Shown: positions 47,470 to 57,810, numbered from the stretch's first letter. The stretch: DNA of 64,000 nt from an uncultured Methylomirabilota bacterium (GCA_963845565.1 CAWJSJ010000001.1:384001-448000), one strand, 5' to 3'. Notes: generated by a model not told the origin, from the letters alone. Translations and numbers: made by a program.

Positions 47470-48588
47470 GTGCCGATCATTGAAGCTGAATTCATGGAAC
47501 GGACAACCCGGCTCGACGTTCAGGAGTTCTGGGCGGAGAACGCTGGCTGTGAAGCGTTCACGACCAACAAGCCGCGCTGTGCGCTGTCGTTCTCGCCGGA
47601 CGACCACTGGCTGTTCGAGTTCACGCACGCGCCTTCGACGCTGCGGTATTATCAGGACAAAGCGTATCGAGATCAATTGCATCGCGAAGCCAATCAGGTA
47701 ACATCGACCTATGTGGGGCGGACGTTCTTTGAAAATGACACGTGGGTTTACAGCCCCAAGCGGATCGAGAACCTGTTTGGCTCCGACTTCACCTACACCG
47801 AAGGCAGCACGCCCTGGCTGGCGCACGTCACCGATGACCCGGCGGAATTCGCGCGGGTTCTCGACCGCGCCGAGGCAACCGATGTCAAGGAGTGGGCCTT
47901 GCCGGACGAGTACCGGCGCGAATGGGAAGCGCGTCGGGCGCGGGGGCTGGAGGCGCCGCTGCTGGGCACGGGCAGCCGGGGGCCCGCCACGATCATGACC
48001 TCGGTCTTGCAGCCCGAGATCGTTTTCTTCTGGTGTTACGATCATCCGCAGCTCATGCAGCGATTCCGAGATATCCTGGCCACCAAGATGATCGAATTGA
48101 ACCGGGCCTTGCGCGAATTTTCCGGCAACACGCAGTCGGGCTGGTGGATCACGGACGACAACTGCACGCTATTCAACCGTGCGCTCTACCGCGAATATTG
48201 CGTCCCGGTGCTCGAAAAGGTATTGGACGCGATGGCCCCGCGCGGCTCGTGGCGTTATCAACACTCGGACAGCGCCATGGGCCACCTGCTCGGGTATCAG
48301 CGCGAACTGGGAATCACGAGTGTGAACTATGGGCCAGAGGTGGACGCGGCCTTCATCCGGGAGAGCATGCCCGAGGCCATCATCAATGGCCATACGCCGC
48401 CATTTCTGCTGCGCAACGGCTCGGCGGACGAAATCAAGGCGCGCGTGACGGCCGATTTCCAAAAGGCGGGCGCGACCGGCGGGCTGATCGTCACGACGGC
48501 GGGGTCGCTGGCGGCGGGTACCGGGGTCGGCCGAATGCGCTGGTACATGCAGTTGGTGCAAGAGCATTGTCGGTACAATCAGAGGTGA
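47470..48588 (+). CDS. Uroporphyrinogen decarboxylase / MtaA-CmuA superfamily protein
   Basis: RGPAT, YDHPQL, ITDDNC..F...Y.EYC.P, HSDS, GH.PP.LLRNG, GGLIV pattern of URO-D-like barrels. Confidence 0.7.
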   Translation: MPIIEAEFMERTTRLDVQEFWAENAGCEAFTTNKPRCALSFSPDDHWLFEFTHAPSTLRYYQDKAYRDQLHREANQVTSTYVGRTFFENDTWVYSPKRIENLFGSDFTYTEGSTPWLAHVTDDPAEFARVLDRAEATDVKEWALPDEYRREWEARRARGLEAPLLGTGSRGPATIMTSVLQPEIVFFWCYDHPQLMQRFRDILATKMIELNRALREFSGNTQSGWWITDDNCTLFNRALYREYCVPVLEKVLDAMAPRGSWRYQHSDSAMGHLLGYQRELGITSVNYGPEVDAAFIRESMPEAIINGHTPPFLLRNGSADEIKARVTADFQKAGATGGLIVTTAGSLAAGTGVGRMRWYMQLVQEHCRYNQR

Positions 48589-48607
48589 GACGGCGGATGG
48601 TTTTCTC

Positions 48608-48712
48608 TAAGCCGTTGTCAAAGAATCAGTTGAGCGGAGACATTCCGAAACGGCATAAGGAGCCGTAACGAAATAGAAAGAGATGTATAGGTTATTTCGT
48701 AACGGCTCCTAA
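48608..48712 (+). repeat. Dispersed ~105-bp structured element, copy D
   Basis: Same consensus; starts 20 bp after the URO-D-like stop. Confidence 0.92.
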
Positions 48713-48948
48713 CATCATGCACATGAGCGCCTGATTCCCTTCCGGCATGACGGGCTGAGCCTGCGATCCTGTTACGGCTCAATCCAGCGTCCAGCCGCCA
48801 CTCCCCGCCCGCCCCGAGTTCACCTTCACGCCCTCGGGCGCTCGGCGTACGCGATTTCTTCCCGGATCTCACCTCCCCTCCGTCGCCAATGGCTGTGACT
48901 TGCACGGCATGGGGCCGACCGGTATACTGCGCGAACGGAGGGAAGGTC

Positions 48949-49644
48949 ATGCTTGTTCTCGGGATCGAGAGTTCCACCACGCAGGGCGGGGTCGCCATCA
49001 TTGGTGAGGATCGGGTGCTGTGCGAGGCCATCCTGAACGTGGAAGTCACGCACTCGGAGCGGCTACTGCCGGCGGTGGACCGCGCCCTCGGCGAGGCGCG
49101 GATCTCGCTGGAGGCCCTGGGCGGCATCGCGGTAAGTATCGGCCCGGGGTCGTTCACCGGACTGCGTATCGGCCTCAGCACCGCCAAGGGGCTGGCGTAT
49201 GCCACGGGACTCCCGCTCGTCGGCGTGCCTACGCTGGAGGCGATGGCCTGGACGCTCCCCGCGGCGCGGTGGCAGATCTGCCCCGTGCTGGACGCCCGCA
49301 AGCAGGAAGTGTACGCGGCGCTCTTTCAGCACGACCGGGACGGGCTCCGGCGGGTGAGCGCGGACATGGCGGTCGCGCCGGAAGCGCTCTGCCGCCTGAT
49401 CAAGAAACCGACGCTGTTCCTCGGTGACGGCCTGGCCCCCTACCGGGCGCTGTTCGAAGAGCGCCTGGGTGACCGTTTGCTCTTGCCGCCTCTTGCCAGC
49501 CGCGGGGCGCGGCCGGCCTGCGTGGCGGAGCTCGGCCGGCGCCGCCTGCTGCGGGGTGAACGGGATCTGCCCGAGACTCTGGTTCCCTGCTACCTGCGCC
49601 CTTCGGAGGCTGAGCTGCGCCGACGCCCGGGGGTAACCCGGTGA
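48949..49644 (+). CDS. tsaB: tRNA t6A biosynthesis protein TsaB
   Basis: LGIESST, HSERLLP, GPGSFTGLRIG, DARKQEVY, P.YLRPSEAE. Confidence 0.95.
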   Translation: MLVLGIESSTTQGGVAIIGEDRVLCEAILNVEVTHSERLLPAVDRALGEARISLEALGGIAVSIGPGSFTGLRIGLSTAKGLAYATGLPLVGVPTLEAMAWTLPAARWQICPVLDARKQEVYAALFQHDRDGLRRVSADMAVAPEALCRLIKKPTLFLGDGLAPYRALFEERLGDRLLLPPLASRGARPACVAELGRRRLLRGERDLPETLVPCYLRPSEAELRRRPGVTR

Positions 49645-49657
49645 CCGCCAGGAGACA

Positions 49658-50179
49658 TTGTCGGACCCGGATCATGAGTCGCGTCGTATGAACGAATCGC
49701 AGCCCCGCCAGATTGTGACCGATCTCCTCATCGAGCCGATGAAAAAGGCCGACCTACCGGAGGTCCTGGGCATCGAGGTCGCCTCGTTCTCGCTTCCCTG
49801 GACCGAGGAGATGTTCGATAGCGAATTGACGCAGGACACGCTGGCCGAAGTGCTGGTCGCTCGTCTCCCCGCCGTCGGACACCCCCCGCTCCTCGTGGGG
49901 TATATTTGTGTCTGGGTCGTCACCGACGAGCTGCACATAAACAACTTGGCGGTCCACCCGCGGTGGCGGAAACGGGGAATCGCGCGGGAATTGCTCCACG
50001 CGGCCATGCGGCATGGGCGAGAGCAGGGTGCGCGGGCGGCGTACCTGGAAGTGCGCGCCTCCAACCTGGCCGCCGTGGCTCTCTATCGTCAGGCGCGGTT
50101 CGAGGCGATCGGGGTACGGCCTCGATATTACACGCACCCGGTAGAGGATGCGGTCGTCATGCGTCGAACCGGCCTCTGA
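49658..50179 (+). CDS. rimI: Ribosomal-protein-alanine N-acetyltransferase
   Basis: ELHINNLAVHP..RKRGIA, LEVRASN, RPRYY..P.EDAVVM; follows tsaB. Confidence 0.92.
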   Translation: MSDPDHESRRMNESQPRQIVTDLLIEPMKKADLPEVLGIEVASFSLPWTEEMFDSELTQDTLAEVLVARLPAVGHPPLLVGYICVWVVTDELHINNLAVHPRWRKRGIARELLHAAMRHGREQGARAAYLEVRASNLAAVALYRQARFEAIGVRPRYYTHPVEDAVVMRRTGL

Positions 50180-50295
50180 TGACGGCCAGGTCGGCGCGCC
50201 TTGACAAGCGTTTGACCGCGCTGGTAGTGTCGGCGCGACGCGCGATACCGATGGAGCTCCCGGGACGGCACCGGCCTGCGACGAGGAGGAACAGG

Positions 50296-50475
50296 ATGAT
50301 TGACAAGGAATTGCTGGAGATTCTGGCCTGTCCGAAATGCAAGACCGAGGTGCGGCTGGACGAGGCCGCGCAGCGCATCGTCTGCCTGTCTGCGACCTGC
50401 GGGCTCCGTTACCCCATCCGGGACGGCATTCCGGTCATGCTGATCGACGAGGCGGAGAAACCGGCCGCCGCTTGA
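50296..50475 (+). CDS. Trm112-family (YcaR-like) protein
   Basis: LLEILACPKCK...C..RYPIRDGIPVMLIDEA; AGGAGG RBS. Confidence 0.9.
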   Translation: MIDKELLEILACPKCKTEVRLDEAAQRIVCLSATCGLRYPIRDGIPVMLIDEAEKPAAA

Positions 50476-50516
50476 TCGCCGGTCGATCCGCCGAGTCGAA
50501 ATCACCTGGAGGAGCC

Positions 50517-51596
50517 ATGCGCGCCCTGATCACGGCCGGCGGTCGCGGCACTCGGTTGCGGCCGCTGACGCACACCAGCAACAAGCACCTGATTCCGATT
50601 GCCAACAAGCCCATGATCCATTACGCCCTCGAAGCGGTGGCGGCGGCCGGGATCCGGGATGTGGGTATCGTCATCAACCCCGACACCGGCGACGACATCC
50701 GGAAGGGACTCGGGGACGGCAGCCGGTTCGGTCTCGCGGTGACGTACGTGATGCAAGCGGCGCCGCTCGGTCTGGCTCACGTGATCCGGGCGGCGGAGGC
50801 ATACCTCCAACACGAGCCGTTCGTGTTTTTTCTTGGCGACAACGTCGTGGTCGGGGGCATCCGGCAGTTCGTGGAGCGGTTCCAGGCACGGAAGGATCAC
50901 TGCCACCTGGTTCTGGCGCGTGTCCGGGAGCCTCAGCGGTTCGGGGTCGCCGAGGTCCGCGGGGATCGAATCGTCCGTGTGGTGGAGAAGCCGACGCAGC
51001 CGCCGAGCGACTTTGCCGTCACCGGGATCTATGTCTACGACACCCCGATCTTCGAGGCGGTGCACGCCATTCGTCCCAGCGCCCGCGGCGAGTTGGAGAT
51101 TTCGGACGCGCATCAATACCTCCTGGAGCACGGCTACCAGGTGGGGTTCTCGGAGATCACCGGCTGGTGGAAGGACACCGGGAAGCCGGAGGATCTGCTG
51201 GAGGCGAACCGGTTTGCCCTGGACCATCTGCTGGATGGGGTGGGGCCCGTGGTGCGGGGGTATGTGGATGCGGAGAGCGACGTGCAGGGCAAGGTGGTCG
51301 TGGAGGCCGGAGCGCGCGTGATCGCCAGCCACATCCGGGGCCCGGCTATCATCGGCGCGGATTGCGTCGTGGAGCGGAGTTATATCGGCCCCTTCACGGC
51401 GCTGGGACCGCGCTGCGTCATCCGGGATTCGGAACTGGAGTACAGCATCCTCTTCGAGGACACCCAGATCTTGGACGCCGACGTGCGGATCGAGCGGAGC
51501 CTGCTCGGGCGCGAGGTGCTCATTCGCCGCGCCCAGGGGCGGCCCAAGACTCAGCGGTTTGTCCTGGCCGATCAGAGCATCATCGAATTGTGCTAA
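50517..51596 (+). CDS. rmlA: Glucose-1-phosphate thymidylyltransferase, long form
   Basis: GGRGTRLRPLT, KHLIPIANKP, PLGLAH, LGDN, EKP, SARGELEI, WWKDTGK, C-terminal beta-helix. Confidence 0.9.
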   Translation: MRALITAGGRGTRLRPLTHTSNKHLIPIANKPMIHYALEAVAAAGIRDVGIVINPDTGDDIRKGLGDGSRFGLAVTYVMQAAPLGLAHVIRAAEAYLQHEPFVFFLGDNVVVGGIRQFVERFQARKDHCHLVLARVREPQRFGVAEVRGDRIVRVVEKPTQPPSDFAVTGIYVYDTPIFEAVHAIRPSARGELEISDAHQYLLEHGYQVGFSEITGWWKDTGKPEDLLEANRFALDHLLDGVGPVVRGYVDAESDVQGKVVVEAGARVIASHIRGPAIIGADCVVERSYIGPFTALGPRCVIRDSELEYSILFEDTQILDADVRIERSLLGREVLIRRAQGRPKTQRFVLADQSIIELC

Positions 51597-51699
51597 GCCG
51601 TTGTCAAAGAATAACGCGACCGGAGAAAGTCCGGGAACGGCATAAGGAGCCGTAACGAAATTGCAGAAAATGGCCAAGTTATTTCGTAACGGCTCCTAA
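51594..51699 (+). repeat. Dispersed ~105-bp structured element, copy E
   Basis: Same consensus; first TAA is the rmlA stop. Confidence 0.92.
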
Positions 51700-51727
51700 G
51701 CGCCATCGAAGAAAGGGCCGTTTCATC

Positions 51728-52612
51728 ATGCGCATTCTGATCACGGGAGCCAACGGGCAGCTCGGCGTGGCGCTGTCGCAGGCCCTGGCCGGTCGCGCCG
51801 AGGTCGTCGGGTGTGATTTGCCGGCCTTCGATATCACGGCGGCGGACTGCGCCGCGCAGGTCGCGGCGGCTGCTCCCGATTGGGTCGTCCACGCCGCTGC
51901 CGCCACCGATGTGGACGGGTGCGAGAAGAATCCGGCCATGGCGGCGGCGGTGAACGCCGACGGCACGCGCCGGATCGCGGAAGGGTGCCGGCGGGCGGGA
52001 GCGGGTCTGGTGTACATCTCCACGGACTTCGTGTTCGACGGCGGACAGGCGATTCCCTATGTCGAGACGGACGCTCCGCGACCCCTGTCCGCGTACGGCC
52101 GCTCCAAGCTGGCCGGGGAGCAGGCAGTGCGCGAGGTGGCGCCTCGGTGGGCGATTGCTCGGACGGCCTGGCTCTACGGGGTGCACGGGCGAAACTTTGT
52201 CAAGACGATCGTGACCAAGGCAGCAGCGGGGGAGTCGCTCCGCGTGGTGGACGATCAGGTCGGGTCGCCGACGTACGCCGGGGATCTGGCCCGGGCGTTG
52301 GCGCAGTTGATGGCGGAGGGGCTGACGGGGGTGTTTCACTTGACCAACGCCGGATCGTGCTCCTGGTACGAATTCACACAGGAAATCCTGCGCCAGGCCG
52401 GGTTCGGTGCGACGCCGCTGGCACCCATGACGTCCCGCGAGTTGAATCGGCCGGCCGAACGCCCCGCCTATTCCGTGTTGGCGAACACGGCCTGGCGCGC
52501 GGCCGGCCATCCGCCTCTACGGCCCTGGCCGGACGCCCTGGGCGTGATGCTGGAGGCCTGGCGCGCGGCCGGAGCGTCCGCCGAGCCGGTGTTCCCGCAA
52601 CCGTCCAGATGA
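51728..52612 (+). CDS. rmlD: dTDP-4-dehydrorhamnose reductase
   Basis: GANGQLG, ISTDFVFDG, YGRSK, DDQVGSPT, RPAYSVL. Confidence 0.95.
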   Translation: MRILITGANGQLGVALSQALAGRAEVVGCDLPAFDITAADCAAQVAAAAPDWVVHAAAATDVDGCEKNPAMAAAVNADGTRRIAEGCRRAGAGLVYISTDFVFDGGQAIPYVETDAPRPLSAYGRSKLAGEQAVREVAPRWAIARTAWLYGVHGRNFVKTIVTKAAAGESLRVVDDQVGSPTYAGDLARALAQLMAEGLTGVFHLTNAGSCSWYEFTQEILRQAGFGATPLAPMTSRELNRPAERPAYSVLANTAWRAAGHPPLRPWPDALGVMLEAWRAAGASAEPVFPQPSR

Positions 52613-52672
52613 TGCGTCGGGTCGCGGGGCGGCGCCGGGCATCGCGTGAACCGCCGAAACCCGGATGAGATT

Positions 52673-53701
52673 ATGACCTCTAACGCTGATCCCTCAGCCG
52701 GCCACGAGGCCGTTCACCGCGGTCTCCCGTATCTGTCCGTGGTCATTCCCGTGTACAACGAAGAGGCGACGCTGGAAGCGCTGTACGCGCGCCTGGCGCC
52801 CGTCCTGGAAGGGATCGGCAGGCCCTACGAAGTGCTCTTCGTGAACGACGGCAGTCAGGATGCGTCACTCGGGATCCTCCGCCGACTGCATGAACTGCAC
52901 CCGGTTGTCCGGGTCATCGCGTTGAATCGCAACTATGGCCAGCACGCCGCGGTGTTTGCCGGGTTGGAGTACGCGCGGGGTGCGGTGATCGTCACGCTGG
53001 ACGCGGATCTCCAGAATCCGCCCGAAGAGATTCCCCGGTTGGTTGCGGAAGTCGAGGCCGGACACGATGTGGTGGGAGGCTGGCGCCGCGACCGGCAGGA
53101 TCCGCTGCTTCGCCGCCTCCTTTCCCGCGGCATGAATCGGCTCACCTCGTACATGGTCGGGGTCCGCATGCGGGACTATGGGTGCATGCTTCGCGCCTAT
53201 CGCCGCGAGGTGGTGGACGTGCTGCGTGGGTGTCGCGAGATCTCCAGCTTCGTGCCCGCCCTGGCCAACAGCTTCGCGCGCTCGCCGGTCGAGATCGCCG
53301 TCGAGCACGCGGGTCGGACCGACGGGGGCTCGCGCTACCATGCCTTCCGCCTCATCCGTTTGGCGTTCGATCTGATGACGGGGTTCTCGCTGATCCCCAT
53401 CCAGGTCGTCAGTCTGGCCGGGATCGGGATCGCGCTGCTGGGGCTGGGTTTCGGCGGATTTCTCCTCGTCCGCCGGCTCTGGGTCGGTCCGGAAGTCGAA
53501 GGCGTGTTCACGCTGTTCGCCATCCTGTTCGTTTTTGTCGGCGTGCAGATCCTGGCGCTCGGGCTCATCGGGGAATACATCGGTCGCATCTACCTGGAGG
53601 TCCGCCGCCGGCCGCGTTACGTGATCCAGGAGGTCTACGACCACGCCCCTGCGACGACTTCCGGGTCAACAGGCGAGCGCGCCGATCCGCGCGGCGCATG
53701 A
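52673..53701 (+). CDS. GT2 polyprenyl-phosphate glycosyltransferase, ArnC-like
   Basis: VIPVYNEE, NDGS, RNYGQH, LDADLQNPPEEI, DYGCMLRAY, two C-terminal TMs, GEYIGRIY. Confidence 0.85.
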   Translation: MTSNADPSAGHEAVHRGLPYLSVVIPVYNEEATLEALYARLAPVLEGIGRPYEVLFVNDGSQDASLGILRRLHELHPVVRVIALNRNYGQHAAVFAGLEYARGAVIVTLDADLQNPPEEIPRLVAEVEAGHDVVGGWRRDRQDPLLRRLLSRGMNRLTSYMVGVRMRDYGCMLRAYRREVVDVLRGCREISSFVPALANSFARSPVEIAVEHAGRTDGGSRYHAFRLIRLAFDLMTGFSLIPIQVVSLAGIGIALLGLGFGGFLLVRRLWVGPEVEGVFTLFAILFVFVGVQILALGLIGEYIGRIYLEVRRRPRYVIQEVYDHAPATTSGSTGERADPRGA

Positions 53702-53714
53702 CCGAGGTCGAGGC

Positions 53715-54668
53715 GTGATCCTGGGCTTGCGCATTGACGTGTGCACGTTCGAGGGATTGCGGACCGGCGTGCCGGCCCTGCTGTCCCTGCTGGCGCGATT
53801 CGACGCGCGCGCGAGCTTCTTCGTGGCGCTCGGGCCAGATCGGAGCGGGCGCGCGCTCCTCCAACTCCTCCGCCCGGGTTTTGCCTCCAAGATGCGTCGG
53901 ACGCGGGCCGTTCGCACCTACGGATGGCGCACGATCCTCTCCGGGACGCTTCTGCCGGCCCGGCGTGCCGCCGACCTGGCCGAGATCGTTCGCGCCATCC
54001 CGGCGGCCGGACACGAGGTGGCGGTGCACGGCTACGACCACCGGCGCTGGCAAGACGGTCTGTTTCGCATGACCGAGGCGGAGGTCCGCCGCGAGATGGC
54101 TCAGGCCGTGGCGGTGTACGAACGCGTGGTCGGGCGCCGACCGGATGGCTTCGGCGCCCCCGGCTGGCAGTGCAGTCCCACCAGCCTCCGCGTGCTCGAC
54201 GAGTCGAGCTTTGCCTACGCCAGTGACACGCGGGGGAGGCAGCCGTTCTTCCCGTCTCTGCACGGATTAACGCTCCGGACGCTCCAGATTCCGACGACAC
54301 TGCCCACGCTGGACGAGGTGCTGGGTCTGGATGGCATGGACGGCGATGGGTTTGTCGGCCTGGTGAACCAACGACTGCGGCAGGACCCCTGGCCGGTTCT
54401 CACGCTGCACGCCGAGATGGAAGGGGGGCGTTTCCTGTCCGTCGCGGAGGCGTTGCTCGAGCGCTGGGGGGTGCAGGGGGTGCGCTGTCTTCCGCTGGCC
54501 GAGATGGCGACCAGAGTCCGCGCCGCCGGCGAAGATCGAATCCCGATTGCGGACATCGCGCCGCGTCCCATCAGGGGTCGCTCTGGATCTGTGGCCACCC
54601 CGCAAGGACTGGAGCCGACGAGCGAGGTCAGGGGCGCGGGCCGGCAGCGCGAGCCACGCCTCCGTTGA
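53715..54668 (+). CDS. ArnD-like deformylase (polysaccharide deacetylase family)
   Basis: GLRIDV.T..G...GVP, FF.LGPDRSGR, HGYDH..WQD, APGW, QIPTTLPTLDE, TLHAEMEG. Confidence 0.85.
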   Translation: MILGLRIDVCTFEGLRTGVPALLSLLARFDARASFFVALGPDRSGRALLQLLRPGFASKMRRTRAVRTYGWRTILSGTLLPARRAADLAEIVRAIPAAGHEVAVHGYDHRRWQDGLFRMTEAEVRREMAQAVAVYERVVGRRPDGFGAPGWQCSPTSLRVLDESSFAYASDTRGRQPFFPSLHGLTLRTLQIPTTLPTLDEVLGLDGMDGDGFVGLVNQRLRQDPWPVLTLHAEMEGGRFLSVAEALLERWGVQGVRCLPLAEMATRVRAAGEDRIPIADIAPRPIRGRSGSVATPQGLEPTSEVRGAGRQREPRLR

Positions 54669-54756
54669 ATCCCCCTCGAACCTTGGCCCGCGCTTCGTGA
54701 TGACGCCGAGCGCTTCCGGGTAACGTCGCGCCGTGTGGTCGGCGCGGCGTCGGGTG

Positions 54757-55071
54757 TCACACCAGGTCGCGGAGGGCCTGCGTGTATTCGTCGATCATCG
54801 GCTGGTGCCGATGGCGAGTGGCAGCGGTGAGGCCGTCCTGATACGCCGCACGGGCCCCCGCGACGTCTCCGATCCGCTCCAGGGACTGCGCCAAGAGTCG
54901 GTAGACCGCGCCTTCGTCCTGGGCAAGCTGGAGATACCGGCGGAGGGTGTGCACCGCCTCCGGGTACTTTTGCGCCTTGAAGTATTCATAGCCGAGCATA
55001 TAATGACTCGTTCCGTCGCTCGGATCCTGCGCGACCAGCGCGAGCAGCGCCTCTATTCTGGATGCCGTCAT
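54757..55071 (-). CDS. Small TPR protein
   Basis: SRIEALL..QDP.D...HY.LG.EY, TPR helices; AGGAGG RBS. Confidence 0.8.
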   Translation of the reverse strand: MTASRIEALLALVAQDPSDGTSHYMLGYEYFKAQKYPEAVHTLRRYLQLAQDEGAVYRLLAQSLERIGDVAGARAAYQDGLTAATRHRHQPMIDEYTQALRDLV

Positions 55072-55198
55072 GGCCGTAAGACCTCCTGATGGACGCACGG
55101 TTCCTCTGCCGGATGATACGGGTCGGCGGGTCGAAGATCAAGACCGTGGGTCGGTCGGGCGCGGGGTGGCGGTGCGCGAGGCCGGGCGGAGAGCAAAC

Positions 55199-56350
55199 GT
55201 GTCCGCGCGCGGTGGCGAACGCCGGGGTCACACCAAGGCGGAATTGGCGGCGGCGCTCGAGGCGTTACGGGCGTACCACGAGGACCTGCTCTCCAGCCTG
55301 CAGGATGGGGTGATCATTCTCGATCGGGACAGTTGCATCGTCTCGGTGAACCAGGCCGCCGAAGAATTGACGGGATTCTCGCGTTCGCAGATCGCGGGCC
55401 GATCAATCGGCGAGGTGTTCGCCCCTCCGGCGCTTCTGTCCGCGCTGGCGGCCAAGACGGTCGCCAAGGGGCGCAGCCACACCGACTTCGATGCCCACGT
55501 GGTGCGGGCAGACGGGAGCCCGCTCACACTCAGCACGGTGGCCTCGCTGATGAGCGATCCGACCGGCGAGCAGCGCGGGGTGGTGCTGGTCCTCCGCGAC
55601 CTGTCCCGGGTCCGCGACATGGAGGAGCAGCTCCGGCGGTCTGAGCGTCTCGCGGCGCTGGGCGTGCTGGCCGCCGGGGTGGCGCACGAGGTGCGGAACC
55701 CGCTGGTGGGCATCCGGGCGGCGGCGCAACTCCTGGAGGGTGAGCCGAGTTTCGCGCCGTCCCTGCGGGAATTCACCGGGATCATCATCCGTCAGGTGGA
55801 TCGACTCAACCGGATCGTGGAGGATTTGCTCGTCTTTGCCGGCCAACGTCCGTTGCAGCGCCGGTCCTGCAACGTGAACCAGATCCTGGAGGAGGCCTTG
55901 CGGCTGGAGGAGCCGGCGCTTCAGGGCGGTCGCGTGACGGTTCTCCGGCGGTATGACCCCGAGGTGCCCGCCGTGGCCGGTGATCCGGACCGGTTGCTGC
56001 AGGTTTTTCTGAATCTGGTTCGTAACGGCGTCGAGGCGATGGCGGCCGGCGGAGGAGAATTGGCGGTCCGGACCCGGTTCGAGCGGGTGGCACCCCAATG
56101 CGGCGGGCGGTCGGCCGCGGTAGCGGAGATCTCCGATCGCGGGCCGGGGATTCCGGCGGAGGTCGAGCGGCAGCTCTTCAATCCCTTCTTCACCACCAAG
56201 GACACGGGGACCGGTCTCGGTCTCCCGATCTCGGTTCGGATTGTGGAAGAACACGGGGGCACGGTCGAGGTGCAGAGCCGTGTGGGGGACGGGACGACGT
56301 TCCGCGTTCTCTTGCCGCTGGCGGGGGACGACGAGGGGGCTTGCACATGA
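55199..56350 (+). CDS. ntrB: PAS sensor histidine kinase, NtrB-like
   Basis: PAS, AHEVRNPL, QVFLNLVRN, D.GPGI, FNPFFTTK..GTGLGL; upstream of an NtrC-like gene; start uncertain. Confidence 0.75.
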   Translation: MSARGGERRGHTKAELAAALEALRAYHEDLLSSLQDGVIILDRDSCIVSVNQAAEELTGFSRSQIAGRSIGEVFAPPALLSALAAKTVAKGRSHTDFDAHVVRADGSPLTLSTVASLMSDPTGEQRGVVLVLRDLSRVRDMEEQLRRSERLAALGVLAAGVAHEVRNPLVGIRAAAQLLEGEPSFAPSLREFTGIIIRQVDRLNRIVEDLLVFAGQRPLQRRSCNVNQILEEALRLEEPALQGGRVTVLRRYDPEVPAVAGDPDRLLQVFLNLVRNGVEAMAAGGGELAVRTRFERVAPQCGGRSAAVAEISDRGPGIPAEVERQLFNPFFTTKDTGTGLGLPISVRIVEEHGGTVEVQSRVGDGTTFRVLLPLAGDDEGACT

Positions 56351-57810
56351 CGGGAAAGCGCGTTCTGGTCGTGGACGATGAGGAAAGCGTTCGCTGGGCG
56401 CTCACCAAGGCCCTGGAGCGCGCGGGGTACGCCGTCGATCTGGCCGCCGACGGGCCGAGCGGAACCGTGGCGGCGGAGAGCCCGGCCGTCGATCTCGTGC
56501 TGCTGGATGTTCGACTCCCCGGGCGGGACGGCTTGGCAGTGTTGCGCGATCTACGAAAGCGCCGGCCGGACCTTCCGGTTATCATGATGACCGCCTACGG
56601 GACGCTGCAGGTCGCGGTCGAAGCCATGAAGCAAGGGGCCTACGACTACATCGGGAAGCCGTTCGACGTGGACGAGGTGCTCCTGGTGGTGGAGAAGGCC
56701 CTGGAGGCGCAAGCGCTGGCGCGCGAGGTATCCGAGCTTCGCCAGAAGGCCGAGGAACGGTTCGACCTCGGCGGCATCGTCGGGGGAAGCCCGGCCATGC
56801 AGCACATCTTCAAGGCCGTGGGCAGGGTGGCGGGGACCGATCTGACCGTCCTGCTCCGCGGGGAGAGCGGCACGGGGAAGGAGTTGATCGCCCGGGCCGT
56901 GCACGAGAACAGCCGGCGAAAGGGCCGGCCCTTCGTACCGGTCAACTGTGCCGCCATCCCACGGGAGCTCCTGGAGAGCGAGCTCTTCGGTCACGAAAAG
57001 GGCGCCTTCACAGGCGCCGTGGCGGCTCGGCGCGGCCGGTTCGAACAGGCGGACGGCGGGACGGTATTTCTGGATGAGGTGGGCGATATGGACCTCAGCC
57101 TCCAGACCAAGCTGCTGCGGGTCCTGCAGGAGCGGCGGATCGAGCGCCTGGGAGGGGAGGGGTCCATCCCCGTGGACGTCCGGATCGTGGCGGCAACCAA
57201 CCAGGACCTGGAAGCGGCCGTGGCCGTGCGCGCCTTTCGCGAGGACCTCTTCTACCGGCTCAACGTGATGTCGATTCACCTGCCGCCCCTGCGCGACCGG
57301 CGGGAAGACATTCCCGCCTTGGTGCACCACTTTCTGGCGGCATTCGGGCGCGAACAGCAGGCGCCGCCCAAGCTGTGTGCGGCGGAGGCGCTGGAATTGC
57401 TGTTGCTCTATGCGTGGCCCGGCAATGTCCGCGAACTGGAGAACGTGGTAAAGCGCGCGGCGGCGCTGACTCCCACGGCGCTCATCCTGCCAGATCAGTT
57501 GCCCGACGCGATCCGAAAGGGGGCGACCGCCGAGGCGGTGGCGGCCGGTCCCGTGGATTTTCCGGTGGAGTGGATGCGCGGCGAGATGTCCCGGCTCAAA
57601 GACACCGCGGACGGACGGCTCCATGCCCATTTTCTGGCCTGCGTAGAGCGGCCACTCCTGGCGTTGATGCTGCGCCGCACGGGCGGGAACCAGGTGAAAG
57701 CGGCCGAGATTCTGGGAATCAACCGCAATACGCTGCGAAAGCGGATCAGGGACCTCGCCGTGCCCCTGCCGGGGAAGGGCGCTGACGGGGTGACGGACGA
57801 CGGAGCCTAG
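56347..57810 (+). CDS. ntrC: Sigma-54 response regulator, NtrC-like
   Basis: [51 protein letters not shown]. Confidence 0.8.
   Translation: MTGKRVLVVDDEESVRWALTKALERAGYAVDLAADGPSGTVAAESPAVDLVLLDVRLPGRDGLAVLRDLRKRRPDLPVIMMTAYGTLQVAVEAMKQGAYDYIGKPFDVDEVLLVVEKALEAQALAREVSELRQKAEERFDLGGIVGGSPAMQHIFKAVGRVAGTDLTVLLRGESGTGKELIARAVHENSRRKGRPFVPVNCAAIPRELLESELFGHEKGAFTGAVAARRGRFEQADGGTVFLDEVGDMDLSLQTKLLRVLQERRIERLGGEGSIPVDVRIVAATNQDLEAAVAVRAFREDLFYRLNVMSIHLPPLRDRREDIPALVHHFLAAFGREQQAPPKLCAAEALELLLLYAWPGNVRELENVVKRAAALTPTALILPDQLPDAIRKGATAEAVAAGPVDFPVEWMRGEMSRLKDTADGRLHAHFLACVERPLLALMLRRTGGNQVKAAEILGINRNTLRKRIRDLAVPLPGKGADGVTDDGA

Noticed and set aside
47470..48588. URO-D-like gene as a seventh integron cassette
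   Set aside because: No attC after it and the preceding attC is incomplete
31691..51699. Conserved repeats with variable ~19-nt inner segments as a CRISPR array
   Set aside because: Copies are kilobases apart, the variable part is the loop of an inverted repeat and partly similar between copies, and no cas genes are present
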